Shown one piece after another: positions 1-7,553 of a stretch of 23,997 nt of DNA. The DNA comes from Macrostomum lignano (taxonomy: Eukaryota): positions 27,132 to 51,128 of the forward strand of contig NIVC01000950.1 in the NCBI GenBank assembly GCA_002269645.1, read 5' to 3'. Made by a program: the position numbers and the translations under genes. Numbering within the stretch: position 1 is the stretch's first letter; every line of letters begins with the position of its first letter. The notes under the pieces were generated by a model. The model did no database searches. It worked only from the letters and a program-made list of their open reading frames with translations, and was not told where the DNA came from.

Positions 1-859
1 ACTGGCAACAATATTCAGTAGCAGTCAAACATTTTAGCATACTAATTGGAAATAATGGAAAAATGATGACACAATAACAAACCAATATTAAGACTAAATA
101 AAATTAGTTTATCCAGCATTTTATTTTAGCTTATATTTAATGATTTTATTGTAAAGGTGACGAAATCAGCAACCAGGAAGACGGGAAGATAAAATAATTG
201 GCACCGCGGCAATAAATTACAAATAGCTCGTAATAACACGATAACAAGTAATTGAAAAAAATTTATGTAAAGCCTAGTGCTCTCAATCTGCCATCTGCTC
301 TAAACTTGAACCTTGCACCTTGGATACATCAAAATAAGCAATAACTCAATAAATATTGCGCAAAAAGAGCTAGACTAAAACGTCACAATTCTCGCATCAT
401 AAAATTGAAAATACTAAGTCAGAATATATCTTCGGATAACTATTGCATTTATTACATATTGCTCGTAGTAAACTTAATAGGATATTTAATGGAATCAATG
501 AGCATTGAAATTATGCATAATTTAATGTAAAATCAGCAAACAAACAAGAAAGCATAGCGCAACTGCACTGCTATTATGCTTGGAGAAATAAACTAGTTGC
601 CACTACTGACCACTGACAGCGCAGTAGTGTAGAAAGCGCGCGCTTTTATGGAAACAAGAATATTAAACGATATTTTAATCATACTTTTGATACTCAATTC
701 AATTTCTAAAACATACTGAGCATAAGCTTGTTAGAAATTATAATAGTTTACTACATTTTTGGTGATCATGGTTTGATTCGCACGTAACAGAACTTCGATG
801 CAGCAATAGTAGTATGCTTGGTATAACTGCATTTCCTTTTTTAACCTGGCTTACTGGCT

Positions 860-1305
860 ATGATCTAAGATGATGTCATAGATCAGCCAAGTTCTAGATG
901 ACGTCACAGATCTGCGGAGCTTTAACTTCATCTAAGATGACGTCAGATCTGATTATTTTTAAGATGACGTCATAGATCTAGATCAGCTGAGTTCTAAGGT
1001 GACGTTACAGATCAGCTGAGGTCAAAGATCAAAGGTCAAAGTCATAGATCAGCCGAGTTCTAGATGACGTCATATATCAGCTGAGTTCTAGATGCCGTCA
1101 TAGAACTTCCCCTAAGATGACGTCAGATCTGATAAGTTCTAAAATGACGTCATAGATTTACTAAGGTTGTAAAATGACGTCACAGGTCTAATGAGTTTAC
1201 TGAGTTTAAAGATGGCATCATAGGCTACTGAGTTTTAAAATGACGTCATAAGCTACTGAGTTCTAGAATGACTTAATGTCTACTCAGTTCAAAGAGGACG
1301 TCATA
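860..1305. repeat. Degenerate ~28-30 bp minisatellite (GATGACGTCATAGATCAGCCGAGTTCTA-like) containing CRE palindromes
   Basis: Perfect TGACGTCA at 899, 938, 965, 1065, 1118, 1145, 1175 and 1241, plus variants (TGATGTCA ~871, TGACGTTA ~1000, TGCCGTCA ~1093), in a recurring unit. Confidence 0.8.
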
Positions 1306-1488
1306 TGGAAGATTTTAAAGCTATAATAACTTCATTATAGACCCACATGAAAGTTTTGTAACTGACTAACAAACTACTCATGGAAAACTACTCAAGCTAA
1401 ACAGACTCAATCAATAGGATTATTAATGAAAACGAGCAAAGTTCCGTTCAGTTTAATTAAAGAACTCAAATCGTGTCCAATCTCCGCT

Positions 1489-2177
1489 CTAATCCATAAA
1501 CTTCCGATTGGGATTGGGGCCGAACAGGATGTGCCTCAGCTCCGGCACCATCTGCTGGCTAATTTGCTCCAGTCGACTCTCCAGATTGTTGCACACAAGG
1601 ATTTTGCCCTCCCTGCCAACAATATCCACACCGCCAACGGAGTCAGCAGGTAAAAAGGCCTTCTTATCTAGCGACACTTTCACCTCTTTACCAGTGGCTT
1701 CTTTGTACCGATTGATGGCCGCGCCGAGGGCTTTCTCGGCGATGTCGGTGTCGGCTTCACGGCAGCGAACCACGGCAGCGGGTTCGAGAAGCTGGAACAG
1801 GCCCTGGGTGATGAGGCTCTCGATTAGCTGCTCGTATCGAGCCCGATCTCCAGTGATCTGACGCAGCTGCTGAGTAGTGTCCTCTAGCACCGATTTCAGA
1901 TGCTCATCGCGTGCCAGTAGAACTTTCAACCGGCCCTGATTCTTCATGTTAGAATATTGAATCTTCTTCTGCAACTCAATTTGCTTCTCCTTCTTCGTGT
2001 AGAAGTCCATTATTTTAACTCGCTCCTGTTGCGTAATGCGCGACTTCTCAATGTTGAACTCCTCTTCGGCTTTGTTGTCAATTTCTTCTTTTTCTCATTC
2101 GCCTCCTGCTCAATGAAGGCCATCATCTGTTTGATCTGCTTGTCAACGTCCGCGTCTGTCAGGCCGCCGCTCGACAT
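1489..2177 (-). CDS. ATP6V1E: V-type proton ATPase subunit E, intronless, with one apparent 1-nt deletion at 2089-2093
   Basis: ATG at 2177 gives MSSGGLTDADVDKQIKQMMAFIEQEANEK. The downstream frame gives EEIDNKAEEEFNIEKSRITQQERVKIMDFYTKKEKQIELQKKIQYSN...GGV...NNLESRLEQISQQMVPELRHILFGPNPNRKFMD*. Both match the V1 E subunit family. The two frames join if the 5-A run (T5 at 2089-2093 on +) had 6 bases. Confidence 0.93.
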
Positions 2178-2347
2178 GATTCTGACTGGCTGATGGGGCT
2201 GAGCGCATGCAGCAACGAGAAGAGTAGCCAGGATGACGTGTGCAAGCTGACCTGCTCACATGTAGCTGATAACTAAATAAGCTGATTTAGGATCTAAGCC
2301 TGTGGGAGCTTAATGTGTTCATCTGATTCTTAGGTGGCGGCAGTCTA

Positions 2348-3884
2348 GCTACTGGGGATATGGAAGGCTGGAGCAACTGGGGATCTGGGAGGCTGGCCCA
2401 GCAACTGCGGATCTGGAAGGCTGGCCCAACAACTGAGGATCTGGGGGGCTGGAGCAACTGGGGATCTGGGAGGCTGGCCCAGCAACTGAGGATCTGGGAG
2501 GCTGGAGCAACTGGGGATCTGGGAGGCTGGCTCAGCAACTGAGGATCTGGGAGGCTGGAGCAACTGGGGATCTGGGAGGCTGGCCCAGCAACTGGGTATA
2601 TGGAAGGCTGGAGCAACTGGGAATCTGGGAGGCTGGCTCAGCAACTGAGGATCTGGGAGGCTGGAGCAACTGGGGATCTGGGAGGCTGGCCCAGCAACTG
2701 AGGATCTGGGAGGCTGGAGCAACTGGGGATCTGGGAGGCTGGCTCAGCAACTGAGGATCTGGGAGGCTGGAGCAACTGGGGATCTGGGAGGCTGGCCCAG
2801 CAACTGGGTATATGGAAGGCTGGAGCAACTGGGAATCTGGGAGGCTGGCCCAACAACTGAGGATCTGGGGGGCTGGAGCAACTGGGGATCTGGGAGGCTG
2901 GCCCAGCAACTGAGGATCTGGGAGGCTGGAGCAACTGGGGATCTGGGAGGCTGGCTCAGCAACTGAGGATCTGGGAGGCTGGAGCAACTGGGGATCTGGG
3001 AGGCTGGCCCAGCAACTGGGTATATGGAAGGCTGGAGCAACTGGGAATCTGGGAGGCTGGCTCAGCAACTGAGGATCTGGGAGGCTGGAGCAACTGGGGA
3101 TCTGGGAGGCTGGCCCAGCAACTGGGGATCTGGGAGGCTGGCCCAGCAACTGTGGATCTGGGAGGCTGGCCCAGCAACTGAGGATCTGGGAGGCTGGCCC
3201 AGCAACTGAGGATCTGGGAGACTGGCCCAGCAACTGAGGATCTGGGAGGCTGGCCCAGCAACTGAGGATCTGGGAGGCTGGCCCAGCTACTGTGGATCTG
3301 GAAGGCTGGCCCAGCAACTGAGGATCTGGGGGGCTGGCCCAGCAACTGGGGATATTGAAGGCTGGAGCAACTGGGGATCTCGGAGGCTGGCCCAGCAACT
3401 GGGGATATGGAAGGCTGGAGCAACTGGGGATCTGGGAGGCTGGCTCAGCAACTGGGGATATGGGAAGCTGGCCCAGCAATTGAGGATCTGGGAGGCTGGC
3501 CCAGCAACTGTGGATCTGGGAGGCTGGCCCAGCAACTGAGAATTTGGGAGGCTGGTCCAGCAACTGAGGATCTGGGAGGCTGGCCCAGCAACTGAGGATC
3601 TGGGAGACTGGCCCAGCAACTGAGGATCTGGGAGGCTGGCCCAGCAACTGGGGATCTGGGAGGCTGGCTCAGCAACTGAGGATCTGGGAGGCTGGCCCAG
3701 CAACTGAGGATCTGGGAGGCTGGCCCAGCAACTGAGGATCTGGGAGACTGGCCCAGCAACTGAGGATCTGGGAGGCTGGCCCAGCAACTGGGGATCTGGG
3801 AGGCTGGCTCAGCAACTGAGGATCTGGGAGGCTGGCCCAGCAACTGAGGATCTGGGAGGCTGGCCAAGAAACTGGGTATCTGGG
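2348..3884. repeat. G-rich variant minisatellite with interspersed 28-bp (GATCTGGGAGGCTGGCCCAGCAACTGAG) and 25-bp (GATCTGGGAGGCTGGAGCAACTGGG) units
   Basis: Direct tandem units are visible throughout. All repetitive PQLL/SCWASL ORFs in the track come from this array. Confidence 0.97.
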
Positions 3885-4164
3885 TCAAAACTGTCTCTAA
3901 AAGCCTACAAAAAATTATTCTAATCTACAAAAAAGAGCTATGAAAAGAAGCCAACGCAACAGTTTGTCCATCCAAAAAACATCAAACCTAGTCAGTCTAC
4001 TTCCACAGTGGAAAAACACGGGACAGTGAAAATGTCTTCAATAATCAAGCCAAACAATCGCACACACGGGTTTTCCATCACTCGGCAGCCCAACAGTCCC
4101 TTAGATTGGGAAATCTCTGTCTGCCATTATTTCACTTCATTGCCACATTATTTTGTTAGCTGAT

Positions 4165-4608
4165 TTATTGACGACCGAATCCGCCGGGGCCACCGCCGCC
4201 GGGGCCGCCGCCAGTCGAAGGTCCGGGACCGCCGGGTCGGCCGCCAGGACCAGCTGGGCCGCCGGGGCCGCCAGGGGCTCGCGGGCCACCGCCACCGCCA
4301 AACCGTGGCGGCGGAGTGCGATCTCTACGGGCCTCGTGCGATCGGTTGCGCACCACCTTGGAGTGGATAGCGCAGCTGACGCAATACTGCAGCTTGGCGT
4401 ACAGCTTCGGCAGGGCGTAGGTGTTGGCCTCGTACACGGAGTTCTCGTTGATGTCCCTGACAGCGGCGGCTTCAACAATGTTGCGGATGATGAATTTCTT
4501 AATAGATTTATCTTTAGGCGTGCACCGGCCGCAGTTGGTGCAGCGAACACAGCGCACGTGGCCGCGGCCCTTCTTGCTACGTCCGTGATTGCGACGCTTA
4601 ACAGTCAT
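4165..4608 (-). CDS. RPS26: 40S ribosomal protein S26 (eS26), intronless, with a Gly/Pro-rich C-terminal extension
   Basis: [39 protein letters not shown]...[38 protein letters not shown] is the eS26 signature, including the Zn-binding Cys residues. Confidence 0.98.
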   Translation of the reverse strand: MTVKRRNHGRSKKGRGHVRCVRCTNCGRCTPKDKSIKKFIIRNIVEAAAVRDINENSVYEANTYALPKLYAKLQYCVSCAIHSKVVRNRSHEARRDRTPPPRFGGGGGPRAPGGPGGPAGPGGRPGGPGPSTGGGPGGGGPGGFGRQ

Positions 4609-4619
4609 TGTTGAACAGG

Positions 4620-4635
4620 CTGCAGGTGCAAATAT
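4620..4635 (-). promoter_or_regulatory. Candidate 3' splice acceptor (cis or SL-trans) 11 nt upstream of the RPS26 ATG
   Basis: The minus strand reads ...atatttgcacctgcAG|cctgttcaacaATG. Confidence 0.45.
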
Positions 4636-4677
4636 GGAGGCTAATCTAGGATAACAAGCCCTACTATTGTTTTATAG

Positions 4678-4894
4678 CATACATGCTGGCTGATGAGTGA
4701 CCCAGCCAAGGTAAGTCGCAAAAATGCCACCCAAAAAAATAGACGTAGTACTAATTAGATGCCGAGGCATTTAGCTTTAATAGGACAGTCATAATTACTC
4801 GTGCCGTTTACCCAAAATTTGAATTAATTTGCTCAAGAGTTTCTTTCACAGGTAAGTCACATGGCCAGTGTAAATCAGTGGTTGCGCATGTATG
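4678..4894 (-). mobile_element. MITE copy 1 (hAT/P-like TIR CATACATGCGCAAC), internally deleted, carrying a 28S rRNA-like segment
   Basis: Left end CATACATGC at 4678 and right end GTTGCGCATGTATG at 4881-4894. The interior aligns with the reverse complement of 5794-6075. The flanks TTTTATAG and (TT)TTTTATAA resemble a decayed 8-bp TSD. Confidence 0.75.
4750..4813 (-). rRNA. 28S/LSU rRNA-like fragment (helix 68-71 region including H69); not a functional rRNA gene
   Basis: The minus strand reads GGGTAAACGGCACGAGTAATTATGACTGTCCTATTAAAGCTAAATGCCTCGGCATCTAATTAGT. The recalled eukaryotic 28S sequence is GGGTAAACGGCGGGAGTAACTATGACTCTCTTAAGGTAGCCAAATGCCTCGTCATCTAATTAGT. They share 53/64 positions ungapped by hand alignment. 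Confidence 0.8.
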
Positions 4895-5793
4895 TTTTTT
4901 ATAACTATTTGGATTTTTTGAAACTTCAAGACTTCTTATCAATTGTCAAATTTGATTAATCTGTAAACATGGAGTCTGTAGGACATTTGCAACTTCTGAG
5001 TGATCAGAAAGGCTTATCAGTGTAAAGGGTTGGGTAGAGCTGTTGGTATTTTAATTGCTTTGTATACCAGCTGGTTTTTAGTATGGTGTCCTGAGAATGG
5101 AATCATTAAGTCTAGACCCTAGATGCCAAATGGAACTGCAATTCTAATTTGTTAAAACCAGATTAAGTTTACTCTGAGCATATTAATAATATTCATAAGA
5201 ATTTTGTGTTGTCCCACAACTAGCATTGAGGCAATTCTGTCTATATGCAGACACAAACTCACACATATGCTCACACTGAGTGTATAGCAGCCTTGACTTT
5301 TTAAATAATCTTTTTCTCTTAATTTTCCAATACTTAAGGCTCCATAATTATAACTCCATACTACCAAAGACCAATTATCTCCTTTCCATTATAAGTAATT
5401 TCATGCTATATAACTCAGTTTGCAATTAAATGTTGAGCAATAATAAACTACTACTATTTAACACCCACAGTTATATTACATTTATTAAACTGCAATAATT
5501 ATTTTAGCTATCATCAAGCCTTTGTGATCTTAGTTAGCATTAATTAATTTTGAGTGAATTGAATTAAAAGAGTTGTTAGACTAATTTGAGCTAATTATAT
5601 CTTACAAATTTTATATACAAATTACTGTGGTAATGGCAGTGGCCTATTACTAGCAGTACTATACTTGGCAAATCTATCAACATCTTACTAAATTCTCTAA
5701 ATTGTGGCTTATCAACAAATCCTATCTATTAAACATTCTAAAGGATAGCATTATCATTTACCATTCAGCCATATCTAGAACTACCTCTCTAAG

Positions 5794-6075
5794 CATACAT
5801 GCGCAACCTCCAAAATTTGGTCGGCCATGCGACTTAGTTTTAACAAAAAAGCGACATAGTTTTTGGCCAAAAATGTGACTTATATGTAAAAAAACCCTAA
5901 AGCAAAATTAACGCAACTTTGGGTAAATGGCAGGAGTAACTATAACTGTCTTATTAAGCAAAATTCCTCATCAGCTACTTGTACTACTACTTGGTTATTT
6001 TTTGGGCGGGCATTTTTGTGACTTCCTTGGTTGGCCGCCAAATCGTACTAATTAGCCAACTGTTGCACATGTATG
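5794..6075 (+). mobile_element. MITE copy 2, 282 bp, 14-bp TIR and perfect 8-bp TSD
   Basis: TIRs are CATACATGCGCAAC (5794-5807) and GTTGCACATGTATG (6062-6075). TSD TCTCTAAG lies at 5786-5793 and 6076-6083. Internal TGCGACTT/TGTGACTT motifs repeat. An 8-bp TSD is typical of the hAT and P superfamilies. Confidence 0.9.
5921..5983 (+). rRNA. Second, more decayed 28S rRNA-like fragment inside MITE copy 2
   Basis: GGGTAAATGGCAGGAGTAACTATAACTGTCTTATTAAGCAAAATTCCTCATCAGCTA is homologous to 4750-4813 and to the recalled 28S H69 region. Confidence 0.7.
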
Positions 6076-6339
6076 TCTCTAAGCCTAAGGAACTTATTGG
6101 CCAAAGCTGCTAGCTTTTTAGAATTGTTTTTAAAAATGCTTAGAAACTGAACCTAGTATGCTAATTTAATTGATTTTAGACAAGTCTAATTTTATTGCAT
6201 TTGAATTGAGTATATAACTAGCAATCTTTGCCCCCGATGGGGGGCATCTGGATAGAATCCTTGTTTTTTACAAATAACAAATAGACAGCGAAATAAAGCC
6301 TTCAGAAAAAACAACAGACATTCCCTCTTAAAAACAAAA

Positions 6340-7150
6340 CATCCCAAGACAGCAAGCATCCTCAGACAACATTCAAGCATTGATCCCCAAATAGCAAGCA
6401 TCCCCCAGACTGCAAGCATCCCCCAGATAGCAAGCATCCCCAGATAGCAAGCATCCCCCAGACTGCAAGCATCCCCCGATAGCAAGCATTCCCCCAGACC
6501 CCAGATAGCAAGCATCCCCCAGATAGCAAGCATCCCGCAGATAGCAAGCATCCCCCAGATAGCAAGCATTCCTCAGATAGCAAGCATCCCCCAGATCGCA
6601 AGCATCCCCAGATAGCAAGCATTCCCCCAGACCCCAGATAGCAAGCGTCCCCCAGATGGCAAGCATCCCCAGATAGCAAGCATCCCCCAGACTGCAAGCA
6701 TCCCCCGATAGCAAGCATTCCCCCAGACCCCAGATAGCAAGCATCCCCCAGATAGCAAGCATCCCGCAGATAGCAAGCATCCCCCAGATAGCAAGCATTC
6801 CTCAGATAGCAAGCATCCCCCAGATCGCAAGCATCCCCAGATAGCAAGCATTCCCCAGACCCCAGATAGCAAGCGTCCCCCAGATAGCAAGCATCCCGCA
6901 GATAGCAAGCATCCCCCAGATAGCAAGCATCCCGCAGATAGCAAGCATCCCCTAGATAGCAAGCATCCCCCCCCCAGATAGCAAGCATCCCCCAGACAGC
7001 AAGCAACCCCTGATAGCAAGCATAACCTGGATACAAAGATACCTTATAGATATCTAGCAACCCCCTCTCAGATAGCAAGTACTCTCCACCCCCAAGAGCA
7101 AGCATCCCCCTGATAGCAAGTATCCATCCTTAAATAGCAAGCATCCACCA
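6340..7150. repeat. ~18-bp minisatellite (AGATAGCAAGCATCCCCC) with a 229-bp higher-order duplication
   Basis: Tandem units are visible. Diagnostic variants recur 229 bp apart (CTGCAAGC at 6463/6692, GATCGCA at 6594/6823). Confidence 0.95.
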
Positions 7151-7199
7151 GAGAACAAGTAGCTAGTGCAACAATTTCCTTAGCTTTATAATGGTTTCA

Positions 7200-7553
7200 T
7201 TTTGTTTGGCATGACACTTCTTTTATGTTTGAAATGGTGTCTCTTTTTTGTTTAAAAAAGTGGCTTTTTAATGTTTGACATGGTAGCTCTTTTGTGTTTG
7301 ACATGATAGCTCTTTAATGTTGGACGTGGTGGCCCTTTTGTGTTTGACATGGTAGCTCTTTAATGTTTGACATGGTGGCTCTTCTATGTTTGCCATGGCG
7401 GCCCTTTTACGTTTGAAATGGTGTCTCTGTTATGTTTGACATGGTGGCTTAGTTGTTTGACATGGTGGCTCTTCTATGTTTGACATGGTGGCTCTTCTAT
7501 GTTTGACATGGCGGCCCTTTTACATTTGAAATTGTGTCTTTTTATATTGGGCA
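7200..7553. repeat. 22/23-bp satellite (ATGTTTGACATGGTGGCTCTTT[T]A), left part
   Basis: Tandem units share the GAAATGGTGTCTCTGTTATG variant with the array at 10404-11880. Confidence 0.92.

Noticed and set aside
592-629. CACTACTG...CAGTAGTG hairpin next to CTAG|T as a Helitron 3' end
   Set aside because: The hairpin is only 4 nt from CTAG, and no matching 5' TC end or family motif was found.
2080-2100. Programmed ribosomal frameshifting in V-ATPase E
   Set aside because: There is no canonical X XXY YYZ heptamer with a downstream structure, and a homopolymer consensus error is far more parsimonious.
2287-3888. Long repetitive ORFs (up to 371 aa, PQLL/SCWASL) and a CRISPR-like impression from ~28-bp palindromic repeats
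   Set aside because: The units abut with no unique spacers, there are no cas genes, and the context is eukaryotic. The ORFs occur in all frames as a by-product of the repeat.
4137-4614. ORFs 4153-4614 (+) and 4137-4550 (-) overlapping RPS26
   Set aside because: These are antisense and alternate-frame shadows of a GC-rich CDS, with no recognisable homology.
4705-4860. + strand AAG|GTAAGT (4711) and TTTCACAG|GTAAGT (4852), resembling a donor and a recursive splice site
   Set aside because: Both coincide with the MITE's repeated AAGTCRCA subterminal motif, so they are explained by the element. They are only relevant if RNA data show their use.
6192-7105. GDACYL / MLAIWG repeat ORFs
   Set aside because: Translations of the 18-bp minisatellite in several frames.
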